A stretch of DNA of 64,000 nucleotides from an uncultured Alphaproteobacteria bacterium. Its GTDB lineage: Bacteria > Pseudomonadota > Alphaproteobacteria > Rhizobiales > Xanthobacteraceae. The position numbers were made by a program, and so were the translations under genes. The notes beneath the pieces are model-generated. The model saw nothing but the letters and a program-made list of their open reading frames with translations. It was not told where the DNA came from and made no database searches. Below, one piece after another: positions 21,003 to 33,968 of the stretch (position 1 is the stretch's first letter; every line of letters begins with the position of its first letter). Where the stretch lies: positions 39,157 through 103,156 of the forward strand of contig CAVRJZ010000012.1 of assembly GCA_963721665.1 (NCBI GenBank), in the 5' to 3' direction.

Positions 21003-21922
21003 CTAGAGCTGCGCCGCCGCCGCGAAAGTGTCGCAGGCCGATAGTGTGCCTTGCTTGAAACCGATGGTGAACCAGCGCTTGCGCTGCTCGGCCGTGCCGT
21101 GGGTGAACGCGTCCGGCACGACGTAGCCTTGCGCGCTGCCGCTGCAGCGTGTCGTCGCCGATGGCGGTCGCGGTCTGCAGCGCGGCGTCGATGTCGCCGG
21201 GATCGAGCGAAATTCCTGCGCTGGTCGGAGTGATGCGCCCAAACCCCGGCGAAGCAGTCCGCCTGCAATTCGACCCGCACCTGGATGCGGTTGGCCGCCG
21301 CCGGCTGCCGGCGGCGCGTTGGGCCGCGTTTGCTTTCGGCAGCGTGCCGAGCAGATTCTGCACGTGATGGCCGACCTCGTGCGCGATCACATAGGCTTGC
21401 GACGAATTCGCACGCTTTGCCTTGGCAGCCATGAAAGCGTGTCTCGATCTCGCGGAAAAATGACGTGTCGAGATAAATGCGCCGGTCGGTCGGACAATAG
21501 AACGGCCCCATCGCGGCCTGCGCGAAACCGCAGCCGCCTTGTTCGCCGCCTGTATATAGGCGCAGCCGCGGCGGGGCGTATTGCTGGCCGCCGGCGCGAA
21601 AAATCTCGCCCCAGGTGTCCTCGGTATTGCCGAGCACGGCGGCAACGAATTGGCCGGTTGCGTCGCTCGGCGTACCGACGCGCCGGTTAGCTGGGCGGGA
21701 TTGCTGCTGGTATTGCGATCCGCCGTTGATGAGTTCCGCGCCGCCGATCAGCACGCTCGGGTCGATGCCGAGCGCCCAGCCGAGCAGGCCGAGCACGATC
21801 ACCGTGCCAATGCCGAGCCCGCCGCCGCCGAACTGTATTCCGGAACCGCCGCCGCCAAAACCGCCACCGGCGCCGCGATCGTCTTCGATATTGTCGCTGC
21901 GGCGGAAGTCGTCCCAACGCAT
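21003..21922 (-). CDS. neutral zinc metallopeptidase (YpfJ family), frameshifted
   Basis: [56 protein letters not shown]. Confidence 0.92.
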
Positions 21923-22034
21923 CTTAATCGCTCCGAACACTTGAATTAATCGCTCCGCATACTTGGCTTCCGATCATTACCGATGCGCTCGTGCGCGTCC
22001 AATGTGACTCATTTTGCGACACCGGTGGAACGGA

Positions 22035-22049
22035 TTAAGTCGCGGTTAA
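22035..22049. promoter_or_regulatory. CtrA binding site upstream of ccrM
   Basis: TTAA-GTCGCGG-TTAA (TTAA-N7-TTAA). Confidence 0.8.
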
Positions 22050-22053
22050 ATAG

Positions 22054-23324
<1,271 letters not shown>

Positions 23325-23330
23325 TCCGCT

Positions 23331-23820
23331 TTAGGTCTTCGCGGAAATCACTTCGTAAAAAAGCTCCAGCGCTCGTTTGGCGAAGGCTTCCATGTTCGCC
23401 CGCCGGTCGGCGCTGCCGGTTTCCAGCGTGATCGCGCGCTCGATAGGTCCGACGACCGCCATGCAGCTATGGCCGGCCGCGTCGCCGTAGCGGTTGCCGG
23501 TCGGACCGGTGGCGCCGGTCTCACTCAGGCCCCAGGTCGTCGCCGTGCCGCTCGCGCATTCGCCGCGCGCACAGCAGAGCGTAAGGTTCGGTCGACGCCC
23601 GCATGCCGGCCATCTCGGCGTCGGCGATGCCGAGCAGCGCCGCCCGCGCGGTGCGCGTATAGAACACCGCGCCGCCGACGAAATAGGCCGAAGCGCCGGC
23701 AACGCCGAGCAAGGACGCGGCGATCAGCCCGCCGGTTGAAGACTCGGCAACGGCAATCGTCTCTTTCCGTTCGATCAGGCGCGCGGCGATTTTCTCGGCG
23801 AACGGGCGCAGCGCGTCCAT
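23331..23820 (-). CDS. CinA/PncC family nicotinamide-nucleotide amidohydrolase, frameshifted
   Basis: IAVAESSTGGLIAA, GASAYF, GLSETGATGPTG. Confidence 0.88.
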
Positions 23821-24460
23821 TCAAATCGCCCCGTTTCCTAGCTGGCACAGCACGCGGAACACGCCGACGTCGGCGCCGGCAAAATCTTTCGCCAGCCGCG
23901 CGCCGAGTATTTCCGCCTCGCTTTGCCGCAGCGTATCGACCATCAGGCAGGCTTTGATCTTCTTATCGTCGCCGCGAAGCTTCTCTTCCATCGACACCGG
24001 CTGCCCGGCCGGATCGACCGCGCTCCAGACTTCGCAGGCGGCGATGTCGGGGTCTTTCACCAGCGCGTCCGATAACCTGGTCAGGGCGCCGGTGTCCGGC
24101 ACATCGTTGAAACGCACGGTGACGACATAGGCGCCGCGAAAGTGGCCGACGCCGCCGCGTGCGATGGCAGAGCGTGCGATTCATGTTGAGGAAGATTTCC
24201 GCCATCACCTTGCGCGTCATCGGCGTCGGATTGTCGAGCCGTTCGAGATAGGGCTTCGAGGTCAGCACCGCCGGCTGCTCGACGACGTAGAAAGTGAAGT
24301 AACCGCACGAGCCGGAAATCGCCTGGTGGCGGCGGCCGAACAGGAAGCCGGGCACGGCCAGCCGCTCCAGCAAATGCTCGCCCTGGAACCATGCCTCGAA
24401 CTCGGCTTCGCGGCCCGCGCGGCAATCGTTGAAAATCGCCAGGATTCCCAAGTCACTCAC
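23821..24460 (-). CDS. hypothetical protein (DUF4286/EthD-like ferredoxin fold), frameshifted
   Basis: EFEAWFQGEHLLERLAVPGFL.GRR, YLERLDNPTP; GTG overlaps the RidA stop. Confidence 0.7.
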
Positions 24461-24807
24461 TTTGCAGCCACCACCATGATCTCGACGTTGTACTCGGGCG
24501 CGGCGAGCTTGGCCTCGACGCAGGCGCGCGCCGGCGTGTTGCCGGGCGTGACCCAAGCGTCCCACACCGCGTTCATCTCAGCGAATTTGGCCATGTCGGT
24601 GATCCAGATGTTGGCCTTGAGCAGCTTGGTCTTGTTGCTGCCCACCTGCGCCAGATAATTGTCGATTGTGGACAGGATTTCCCTGGTCTGATCGGTCACG
24701 CTCTTGCCTTTGTTGGCATGCGCGACGATGCCGGCGAGATAGACCGTATCGCCGTGCACGACGATCTGGCTCATGCGCGGGCCGACTTCCTTGCGTTCGA
24801 TGGTCAT
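24457..24807 (-). CDS. RidA family protein (YoaB-like)
   Basis: VYLAG, FAEMNAVWDAW, PARACVEAKL, VEIMVVAA. Confidence 0.93.
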   Translation of the reverse strand: MTIERKEVGPRMSQIVVHGDTVYLAGIVAHANKGKSVTDQTREILSTIDNYLAQVGSNKTKLLKANIWITDMAKFAEMNAVWDAWVTPGNTPARACVEAKLAAPEYNVEIMVVAAK

Positions 24808-25928
24808 GGCGTTCCTCTCTTTGACGTTTTTGATTCAAGCGCGTGGGCGAGCACCTTGCGCATTACAGTCGGCAGAGCTTCGCCTGGCAAGTCCGCGATC
24901 TTCACCCAGCGTGCTCCTTTGGGCGCCGGCGCCGCGCTCGGCACTTGCGCAACGAACACGTCAAGCTCGAGCGGGAAATGCGTGAATACATGGCGCACGA
25001 CGCCCGGCAGCTTGCGCCATTTCGGCTTGCCGCGAAAGCGCGGCGCGAAACGCGGCGCGGTCTGTATATCGAAATCATGCGCCCATTCGCTGCCCGGCAC
25101 TTCGGTCATGGCGCCGAGCAGGCCCTTTTCCGGCCGCTGGCGCAGCAGCACGCGTCCGTCGGCGCGCACGCGCGACGTAAGCGGCGCCGCGCCGCAGTTT
25201 GCCCTCGCGCTTGGGCGCCTTGCGCGGAAACGTCTCCTGCTCGCCGCGCGCATAGGCCAGACAAGAATCAGTTCCACGGACACAGCGCGCAGGCCGGCCG
25301 CTTGGGCGAGCAGATGGTGGCGCCGAGATCCATCAGCCTTGCGCGAAATCGCCGGCGCGGCGCGGCGGCAACAGCGATGTGGCGAGGCGCTTGATCTCCG
25401 GCTTCGCCGCCGGCAATTCCTCCTCGAAGCGCAAACAGCCGCGTCACCACGCGCTCGACATTGCCGTCGACCGGCACCGCCGGCAGCATCGAACGCGATC
25501 GCCGCCACCGCCGCGGCGGTGTAGTCGCCGATGCCCGGGCAGCGCGCGCAAGCGTTCGAGACTTCGCCGGAAATTTCCCGCCGTGGCGTTCGACCACGGC
25601 CTTGGCGCAGGCGTGCAGATTGCGGGCGCGCGCGTAATAGCCGAGCCCCGCCCAGGCGCGCAGCACGTCGTCGAGGCTCGCCACGGCAAGCGTCTCCACC
25701 GTCGGCCAGCGCGCCAGGAACTTGGCGTAATAGGGCGCGACCGTTTTCACCGTGGTCTGCTGCAGCATGATTTCCGACAGCCACACCCGATAGGGGTCCG
25801 CCGCGCTCGCCGCGCGCGCGACCGCGCCATGGCAGGATGCGGCGGTGGCGGTCGTACCAGGCCAGCAGATCGGCCGGGTCCGGCTGTGGATGGTTTCTTT
25901 CGCGCGACTTGCGGACTGCTACGGTCAT
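24804..25928 (-). CDS. mutY: A/G-specific adenine glycosylase, frameshifted
   Basis: WYDRHRRILPWR, WLSEIMLQQT, WAGLGYYARARNL, PGIGDYTA, VDGNVERV, CSPKRPACALCP, HVFTHF. Confidence 0.95.
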   Translation of the reverse strand: MTVAVRKSRERNHPQPDPADLLAWYDRHRRILPWRGRARGERGGPLSGVAVGNHAAADHGENGRALLRQVPGALADGGDACRGEPRRRAARLGGARLLRARPQSARLRQGRGRTPRREISGEVSNACARCPGIGDYTAAAVAAIAFDAAGGAGRRQCRARGDAAVCASRRNCRRRSRRSSASPHRCCRRAAPAISRKADGSRRHHLLAQAAGLRAVSVELILVWPMRAASRRRFRARRPSARANCGAAPLTSRVRADGRVLLRQRPEKGLLGAMTEVPGSEWAHDFDIQTAPRFAPRFRGKPKWRKLPGVVRHVFTHFPLELDVFVAQVPSAAPAPKGARWVKIADLPGEALPTVMRKVLAHALESKTSKRGTP

Positions 25929-25959
25929 GACGGCGACGATGGCACGAGAACCACCGCGC

Positions 25960-26444
25960 ATGACCAAGCCCGCGCGCAGTTTTCCCCGGCCGCTTTCCGA
26001 ATTCACGGCGCGCGCCTTGAGCGACAGCCTCAAGCGCAGGGCTTTGCCTCGACCGAAATCATCGCCCGCTGGGCCGACATCGTCGGCGCCGAAATCGCCG
26101 CCCATAGCGAGCCGATGAAGATCACCTGGCCGCGCGATATCGAGGGCGACTCGCCAGCCGCCGAACCCGCCACTTTGGTGCTGCGGGTGGAAGGCCCGGC
26201 GGCGCTGGAAATCCAGCACCTCTCGGCGGTGATCCTGGAACGGGTCAACCGCTTCTTCGGCTGGCAGGCGATCGGCCGCATCGCGCTGCGCCAGGCGCCC
26301 TTGCGCCGCCGCGCGCCGCCTACCCCACCACCGCCGCCCGACCCGGCAATCGCCGCCCGCATCGCCGCCGGCCTGCCGACAATCGAAGACGAGGATCTGC
26401 GCCAGGCGCTCGGCCGCCTCGGTGCCGCGATCAAGCGAAAGTGA
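25960..26444 (+). CDS. DUF721 (DciA-like) protein, frameshifted
   Basis: W.DIVG..IA.HSEP.KI.W, LEIQH..ILERVNRFFGW; typical mutY-DUF721-dsbA-smc synteny. Confidence 0.85.
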
Positions 26445-26547
26445 GGCCTTTCTGGACCTTGGCACGGCGACCCGTCATTGCCACAATTGTGCTATGGAAC
26501 TAGCCGAAGTTTCCCTTCGGCCTTGTCACACGCCCACGGAGTTTCCG

Positions 26548-27208
26548 TTGCACATCAACCGCCGCGAATTTTGCCTGAGCACGACCGCCATGGTGCTCGC
26601 CGCCGCCATCCTGCCGTCCTTCGCGCGCCCGCGCATGGCGCGGATAACGTCCCGATCGCCGACCTGATGAAGCCGGAGGCGCTGCCCGACCTGGCGCTGG
26701 GCAGCGACAAGGCGCCGGTCACCATCGTCGAATACGCCTCGATGACCTGCCCGCACTGCGCGCATTTCGAGGAAACGACGTTCCCGGAAATCAAGAAGCG
26801 CTACATCGACACCGGCAAGGTCCGCTACATCCTGCGCGACTTCCCGCTCGACAGCCTAGCCGGCGCGGCCTTCATGCTGGCGCGCTGCGCTGCCAATGGC
26901 GATCCGACCAAATATTATTCCATGGTCGAGACGCTGTTCCGCCAGCAGACCACCTGGGCGGTCGAAAAGCCGGTGCCGCCGCTGATGGCAATCGCCAAGC
27001 AGGCCGGCCTTTACCGAGCAGCAATTCAACGCCTGCCTGTCGAATCAGAAGGCCTGGGATGCCATCGAAAGCGTGCGCCAGCGGGCCATCGAAGGAGTTC
27101 AAGGTCGAGTCGACGCCGACATTTTTCATCAATGGGACGAAGATCACCGGCGCCGTCTCGATCGAGGAAATGGCCAAGGTGATCGACCCCTATCTCAAGG
27201 GCGGATAA
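26548..27208 (+). CDS. DsbA family thiol-disulfide oxidoreductase, frameshifted
   Basis: Tat-like NRREF leader, EYASMTCPHCAHF, RDFPLD, STPTFFING. Confidence 0.9.
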
Positions 27209-27475
27209 GGGTTTTTCGGCTTGGCCGGGTTGCGGCGGCAGGGGCGTTTTTATGCCCCCGCAAGCCGAAAGGTCTGGAAAACCACCTTTGCCTTGCGTTC
27301 GCCTGTTGCTCATCCGAGCGCGGCGATTCATTCTCCGGCGGATGCGGCAAATGTCGACCGGGTTTCGGGGCTATCTCCCGGACGGGATTACGATTCTGCC
27401 AAATGGTACGACGCGTGCGGGAACGGGCGAAGCTTTCGCCCGGCGGACGAATCCGGTTTATTCGAGGCCTGAACT

Positions 27476-30400
27476 ATGAAGCTTACGCGGCTGCGCCTGC
27501 TCGGGTTCAAGTCGTTCGTCGAGCCGACCGATTTCCTGATCGAGCCGGGATTGACCGGCGTGGTCGGGCCGAACGGCTGCGGCAAATCCAACCTGGTCGA
27601 AGCGCTGCGCTGGGTGATGGGCGAGATCCTCCTACAAATCCATGCGCGCCTCCTCCATGGACGAGGTGATCTTCTCCGGCACCAACAACCGCCCGGCGCG
27701 CAACAATGCCGAGGTGGCGAATTTCGATCGACAATGCCGAGCGCTCGGCGCCGTCCGCGTTCAACGACTACGACTCGATCGATATCGCGCGCCGCATCGA
27801 GCGCGAAGCCGGCTCCACCTACCGCATCAACGGCCGCGAGGTGCGCGCCCGCGACGTGCAGATCCTGTTCGCCGACGCTTCGACCGGCGCGCGCTCGCCC
27901 GCATTGGTGCATCAGGGCCGCATCGGCGAGATCATCCAGGCCAAGCCCGAGCAGCGCCGCCGCGTGCTGGAAGAAGCCGCCGGCGTCGCCGGCCTGCATG
28001 CGCGCCGGCACGAGGCCGAACTGCGCCTGAAGGCGGCGGAAACCAATCTACTGCGCATCGAGGACGTGATCGGCCAGCTCGCCGCCCAGATCGACGGCCT
28101 GAAGAAGCAGGCGCGCCAGGCGATCCGCTACCGCACCGTGTCGGCGCAGGTGCGCAAGTCGGAGGCCACCCTCTACCATCTGCGCTGGACCGCCGCGACC
28201 ACCGAGGTCGGGCGAAGCCGAGCACGCCAAGGATATGTGCGTTGCGCGAGGTCGCCGCCCGCGTCGGCGCCGAGGCCGAAGCCTCCAAGCGCCAGGCGCA
28301 ACGCCTCCGCGGCATTGCCCGAATTGCGCGAGGCCGAAGCGCGCGCCGGCGCCGCTTTGCACCGGCTCAACGTCGCCCTGCAAGACCTCGACCGCGAGGA
28401 GCAGCGCGCCAAGGACCGCATCGCCGAACTCGACGTGCGACTCGTGCAATTCGCCGCCGACGGCGAGCGCGAGCAGAAACTCGCCGCCGACGCGGACGCG
28501 GCGCTTGCCAAGCTCGCCGCCGAGGAAGAAACCATCCGCAAGGAGGCGCGCGAAAGCGCCGGCCGGCGCAGCGGCGTCGATGCCAAGGTGGCCAAGGCCG
28601 ATGGCGAACTCACCGCCGCCGAAAAAGTTTTCTCCGATCTCACCACCGCGCTCGCCGATCTCACCGCGCAGCGCCATCAGTTCGAGAACGCCGCGCGCGA
28701 GCAGGGCGAGCGCGTCGCCCGCATCGCCGGCGAAATCGCCGAGATCGAGCGCGAATTGGCGACGCTTAAGAGCGGCGACCATGCCCCGCTCACCGCCGCG
28801 GTCGAAGGCGCGCAGGCGGCGCTGACCGAGGCGGAAGCCGCGGCCGTCGCCGCCGAGGCCGCCCATAACAATGCGCGCGCCGAACTCGACGCCGCGCGCG
28901 CCGCGCTTGCCGAATCGGAAAAGCGCGTGCAGCGGCTGGAAACCGAGGCAAAGACGCTCGGCCAAGATGCTGTCGCTGGAGACGCGCAATCTGTGGCCGC
29001 CGGTGATCGACCATGTCTCGGTCGACAAAGGCTACGAAAAGGCGCTGGGCGCGGCGCTCGGCGACGATCTCGACGCGCCGGTCGATGCCTCGGCGCCCAT
29101 GCATTGGTCGAAAGTCGACCCCGATGCCGCAGATCCGGCGCTGCCGAAAGGCGTCGAGCCGCTGGCGCGATTCGTCAAGGCGCCGGCGCAGCTCGCGCGC
29201 CGCCTGGCGCAGATCGGCGTGGTCGACCGCGCGACCGGCGGCAAACTCGCCGCCTCGCTCAAGTCCGGCCAGCGGCTGGTCTCGCGCGAGGGCGATCTCT
29301 GGCGCTGGGACGGCTTTGTCGCGGCGGCGCATGCGCCGACCGGCGCGGCGCGGCGGCTGGCGCAGCGCAGCCGCTTTGCCGAGATCGACGCCGAACTGGT
29401 GAGCGCCCGCGCCGAGGTCGAGGACAAGCGCAAGGCGCTGGAGGCCGCGCAGCTCGCGCTTCGAAGCCGCGGGCCATACGGAAGCGGAAACGCGCGCGCG
29501 CGAACGCGACCTCAACCGCCAGGCGGCGCGGCTCTCGGCACTCGCCGAGGCGCGCACCCGCCTCTCCACCAGCCGCGACGAGGCGACCGCCGCCAAGGCC
29601 GCAGGCCGAAACGCGCGCTTGCTGCACTGGCGCCCGCCGCCGAACTCGAAGGCAAGCTCGCCGGGGTGCGCGACGACATTACCGCCAAGCGCGCGAACCT
29701 CGCCGAAGTGCGCGCCGAGCAGCAGGCGATCGTGCGCGAGGCCGAACTCGCCGACAAGCGGCTCGCCGCGCTTGCCGCCGACCGCGGCGGCTGGATCGAG
29801 CGGCGCGACGGCGCCCGCAACCAGATCGCCACCCTCGAACAGCGCATCGCGGAAGCCAAGCGCGACCGCGCCGAACTGGAAAACGCACCGCAAGCTTTTG
29901 CCGGGAAGCGCGAGGCCATGATCGGCGAAGTCGCCAAGGCGGAAGCCGCGCGTCGCGCCTGCGCCGACACGCCTGCAAAACGCCGAGAACGCGCTGGCCG
30001 AAGCCGACCGCGACGCCCGCGCCGCGCTTGAAGCCGCGAGCGCCGCGCGCGAGGAACTCGCCCGCGCCGAGGAGCGCTTCGAGGGCGCCAAGCGCCGCCT
30101 CGCCGACATCGGCCGCGAAATCCACGACATGCTGGAGATCGAGCCGGAAGCGGTCGCCGCCCTCGCCGAGATCGAGGAAGGCGAGGCGCTGCCCGATCTC
30201 GCCGAGATCGAGGAAAAGCTCGAACGCCTGCGCCGCGAGCGCGAACGGCTGGGCGCGGTCAATCTGCGCGCCGAAGAGGAATTGCGCGAGGTCGAGACCC
30301 AGCACACGACGCCTCACCACCGAGCGCGACGACCTGGTGCAGGCGATCGGCAAGCTGCGTCAGGGCATCCAGAGCCTCAACCGCGAGGCGCGCGAGCGGC

Positions 30401-30876
30401 TGCTGGCGTCCTTCGAACAGGTCAACAAACACTTCCAGCATCTGTTCACGAAATTGTTCGGCGGCGGCACCGCCGAATTGCAGCTGATCGAAAGCGACGA
30501 CCCGCTGGAAGCCGGCCTGGAAATCATGGCCAAGCCGCCGGGCAAGAAGCCCTCAACGCTGTCGCTGCTCTCGGGCGGCGAGCAGGCGCTGACCGCGCTG
30601 GCGCTGATCTTCGCGGTGTTCCTGACCAATCCGGCGCCGATCTGCGTGCTCGACGAAGTGGACGCCCCGCTCGACGACCACAACGTCGAACGCTTCTGCG
30701 ACCTGCTCGACGAGATGACCAAGTCGACCGACACGCGCTTTGTGATCATCACGCACAACCCGATCACCATGGCGCGCATGAACCGGCTCTACGGCGTCAC
30801 CATGGCCGAGCGCGGTGTGTCGCAACTGGTGTCGGTCGATCTGCAGGCCGCGGTTCGCTTCCGCGAGGCGGGCTAA
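27476..30876 (+). CDS. smc: chromosome segregation protein SMC, multiple frameshifts
   Basis: [14 protein letters not shown] Walker A, coiled coils, LSGGE signature, [10 protein letters not shown] Walker B, ITHN. Confidence 0.96.
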
Positions 30877-31085
30877 GCCGCTTCGGTCTTGGACTCCGGC
30901 CGCACCAGCCGCGGCTCATTCGCGAGCCACGCTGAGCCGATGCTCCAGTCGTGCTCCTGGCCGCAGGCCGGGCAGAGCATGCGGGCGCTAATCTTGGGCA
31001 GTTTGCGGAACACGTGCGGTTCGACCTCGATCGCGGTCGAAACCGCGCGGCCGGTATTGGGGCACCTGATCATCACCGAGCTCAT
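30873..31085 (-). CDS. small putative zinc-binding protein (70 aa)
   Basis: IRCPNTG...[10 protein letters not shown] motif; GGGG RBS. Confidence 0.8.
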   Translation of the reverse strand: MSSVMIRCPNTGRAVSTAIEVEPHVFRKLPKISARMLCPACGQEHDWSIGSAWLANEPRLVRPESKTEAA

Positions 31086-31217
31086 GGCGAACCCCCTTCG
31101 ATTGATTGCCCCCGACGGCACCGAATGGAACTCTTAGCTTATGGAACCGGCAAATCGTGACCGGTTTAAGACGGCCGACCCGCTGTGGATAAAGTCTATG
31201 TGATCGCGCGCGGGCAC

Positions 31218-31242
31218 GGAACCAAAGCCCGGGGGCGGCGTT
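31218..31242 (+). promoter_or_regulatory. EcfG/SigT (general stress response) promoter
   Basis: GGAAC-N16-CGTT. Confidence 0.65.
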
Positions 31243-31249
31243 AATGGCC

Positions 31250-31337
31250 CGTGTATTTCAGCCGGGCGGCTCCCCCCTTACCCCCCGAATAGCCGTCTGG
31301 CGATAAGGCCCCGGGCTTCGGCCCGGGGTCTTTTTTT
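31250..31337 (+). ncRNA. candidate trans-acting sRNA with C-rich loop
   Basis: 11-bp stem 31261-31271/31291-31301 (two G-U) around CCCCCCTTACCCCCC, followed by an intrinsic terminator; no ORF; 5' end estimated. Confidence 0.7.
31307..31337 (+). terminator. rho-independent terminator
   Basis: GGCCCCGGGC-TTCG-GCCCGGGGTC followed by T7. Confidence 0.9.
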
Positions 31338-31473
31338 GCAACATCAAACCTTTAGGCAAAACTAGCGGCGCCGGACGCCGGCCCGGCCGACCCCTACCCT
31401 GTTGCCGTTGGCGGCGCCTATCCCATCTAGGCTAGGCTTGCTGCGTTCTAACTTTTTTGTGAGGAGCCGTTTT

Positions 31474-32038
31474 ATGTCCACCACCGGCTGGGTCGTTCTC
31501 GGCGTCATTGTCGTGATCGTGATCTGGGCGATCAGCATCTACAACGGCCTCGTCGCCCTGCGGCAGAGGACCAACCAGGCCTTCGCCGACATCGACGTGC
31601 AGCTCAAGCTGCGCCACGACCTGATCCCCAATCTGGTGGAGACGGTGAAGGGCTATGCCGCGCACGAGCGCGGAACTCTGGAAGCCGTGGTCAAGGCGCG
31701 GCAGGCGGCGATCGCCGCGCCCAGCGTCGAGCAGAAGGTTGCGGCCGAGAACATGCTCACCGGCGCACTGCGGCAATTGTTCGCCTTGTCGGAAAATTAT
31801 CCGAACCTGAAGGCCAACGCCAACTTCCAGCAGTTGCAGTCGCGACCTCTCCGACATCGAGAACAAGCTCGCCGCCTCGCGCCGCTTCTTCAACAACGCG
31901 GTGCAGGAATACAACACCGGCATCCAGCAGTTCCCGGCGGCGATGTTCGCCAGCATGTTCGGTTTCACGCAGCGTCAATTCTTCGACGTCGGCGAGGACC
32001 GCGCGCAACTCGAACAGGCGCCGAGCGTGAAGTTCTAA
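31474..32038 (+). CDS. lemA: LemA family protein, frameshifted
   Basis: N-terminal TM, DIDVQLKLRHDLIPNLVETVKGYAAHE, ENYPNLKAN, RRFFNNAVQEYN. Confidence 0.93.
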
Positions 32039-32048
32039 TGACACACGA

Positions 32049-32154
32049 CCTCATCCTTCGAGACGCCCGCTGCGCGGGCTTCTCAGGATGAGGTCTACTC
32101 TTAAGCCTTCATGGTGAAGAGCGCTGCGAAGCAGCGCGTCTCGAACCATGAGGG
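32049..32154. repeat. inverted pair of REP-like hairpins (CTCATCCTGAG...GTCTCGAAGGATG family)
   Basis: Unit 32049-32093 (reverse) and unit 32106-32154 (forward) share TGA.RAG...CGTCTCGAA and terminal stems. Confidence 0.8.
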
Positions 32155-32172
32155 CGCCCGGAGGGTTAAACC

Positions 32173-33335
32173 TTGGCCGCCTACGGTCTTTACACCCATA
32201 TCCAGTCGAACAAGCGCCGCTCGATCGCGCTGCTGATCGGGCTATTCCTCCTGGTCTATGTGATGGTGTTCGCCGGCGCGCTGCTTGGCCGAGGCGTTCA
32301 CTGCGCGCGGCGGCTACAACTATGGCGGTCCGCCGCTCGACTATCTGATCCGCGCCGCCGAATTCGATTTCATCAAGGCGCTGCCCTTCGCCACTATCGG
32401 CACGGTGATCTGGATTTTCGTCGCCTACCGGTTTCACCAGTCGATGATCGACGCGGTGACCGGCGCGCGGGTGGTCAGCCGGACGGAAGAGCCGCGGCTT
32501 TATAATCTCTTGGAAAACCTCTGTATTTCGCGCGGCATCACTATGCCGACGCTGCGCATCGCCGACGACGAGGCGCTCAATGCCTTCGCCACCGGCATGA
32601 ACGACAAGCAGTATTCCATCACGGTGACGCAAGGCCTGATCGACGCGCTCAACGACCAGGAAATCGAGGCCGTGCTTGGCCACGAGCTCACACATATCCG
32701 CAACGGCGACGTGCGCATGATGGTGATCGCCATGGTGATTGCCGGCGTGCTCGGCTTCTTCGGCGAATTGGTCTTTCGGATTTTCTTCCAGAACGTGTTC
32801 TGGGGCGGCGGCCGGCGTTCGAGCCGCGAGGACGGCAAAGGCGGCGCCGGTATCGCCATCGTCATCGCGTTCGCTTTGATCGCGCTGGTGTGGATTTTGT
32901 CGATCGTCATCCGCTTTGCGCTGTCGCGCCAGCGCGAATATTTTGGCCGATTCCGGCTCGGTGGAGCTCACCAAGAATCCCGATGCCATGATTTCCGCGC
33001 TGCGCAAGATCGAAGGCCGCGGAGAAATCCCCGGCGCCAATTCCGCCGTGATGGAAATGTGCATCGACAATCCGCGCGAGGGATTTTCCAATATTTTCGA
33101 CACCCACCCCTCGGTCGACGCGCGCGTCGCGGCGCTGGTGAAATTCGCCGGCGGGCACGATCCCGGCCCGCTGGCGATCGCGGCGCCGTCGGACAAAGAA
33201 GAAACGCAGGAAACGCAGGTGCCCGCCGGCGGTCCGTGGGCGCCTGAAACACCGCAACAGGCCCCGTCAGGCCCCTGGGGTCCGGAGCCGACTCCGCCCG
33301 GTCCGGCTGGGCCGTGGGGGCCGAAACCGCAGTGA
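32173..33335 (+). CDS. htpX: M48 family metalloprotease HtpX-like, frameshifted
   Basis: LNAFATG, AVLGHELTHIRNGD (HExxH), SRQREY.AD, FDTHPS; Pro-rich GPW-repeat tail. Confidence 0.88.
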
Positions 33336-33359
33336 CGCGTCCACGGAAGGATTTATCGA

Positions 33360-33968
33360 ATGCCTTGGCCTGAGCCTGTCGTCCTTGAAGGCTCCCACGT
33401 CCGGCTTCAACCGCTCGCACACGCCCATCGCGTGGGATTGATCGACGCCGTCAAGGACGGCGAACTCTGGCGCCTCTGGTACACCTCGATTCCCTCGCCC
33501 GACGGGATGACCAAGGAAATCGACCGCAGGCTTGCACTCCAATCGGCGGGATCGATGCTGCCGTTCACCGTTTTCGATGCGGCGGGCGTCATCGTCGGAA
33601 TGACCACCTACATGAACATCGATGCAGCCAACCGCCGCATCGAGATCGGATCGACCTGGTACGCGAGGCGCGTACAGCGCAGCGCGCTCAATACAGAATG
33701 CAAGCTGCTTCTGTTGACGCATGCCTTCGAACGCCTCGATTGCATCGCGGTCGAATTTCGCACGCATTTTTTCAATCGACCGAGTTGCCGCGGCATAGAA
33801 CGACTCGGCGCCAAACTGGATGGAATTATCCGCAATCATCAGATTGGCCATAACGGAACGATGCGCGACACAGTGGTCTACAGCATCATTGCGTCCGAAT
33901 GGCCGGCCGTTCGGCAAAATCTGACGTACAGTTTGGGCCGCAATGCCGGCCAAGAACCGAAAACTTAA
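33360..33968 (+). CDS. GNAT family (RimJ/RimL-like) N-acetyltransferase
   Basis: [46 protein letters not shown]. Confidence 0.9.
   Translation: MPWPEPVVLEGSHVRLQPLAHAHRVGLIDAVKDGELWRLWYTSIPSPDGMTKEIDRRLALQSAGSMLPFTVFDAAGVIVGMTTYMNIDAANRRIEIGSTWYARRVQRSALNTECKLLLLTHAFERLDCIAVEFRTHFFNRPSCRGIERLGAKLDGIIRNHQIGHNGTMRDTVVYSIIASEWPAVRQNLTYSLGRNAGQEPKT

Noticed and set aside
27476-30876. Wadjet/MksBEF-like SMC defence system
   Set aside because: Canonical housekeeping smc in mutY-DUF721-dsbA synteny; no jet or mks partner genes
31402-31428. RpoH-like promoter upstream of lemA (TTG...CCCATCT)
   Set aside because: Plausible for lemA-htpX, but the -35 match is too weak to support
33230-33325. GPW repeats in the HtpX tail
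   Set aside because: Low-complexity Pro-rich protein tail, not a DNA repeat element
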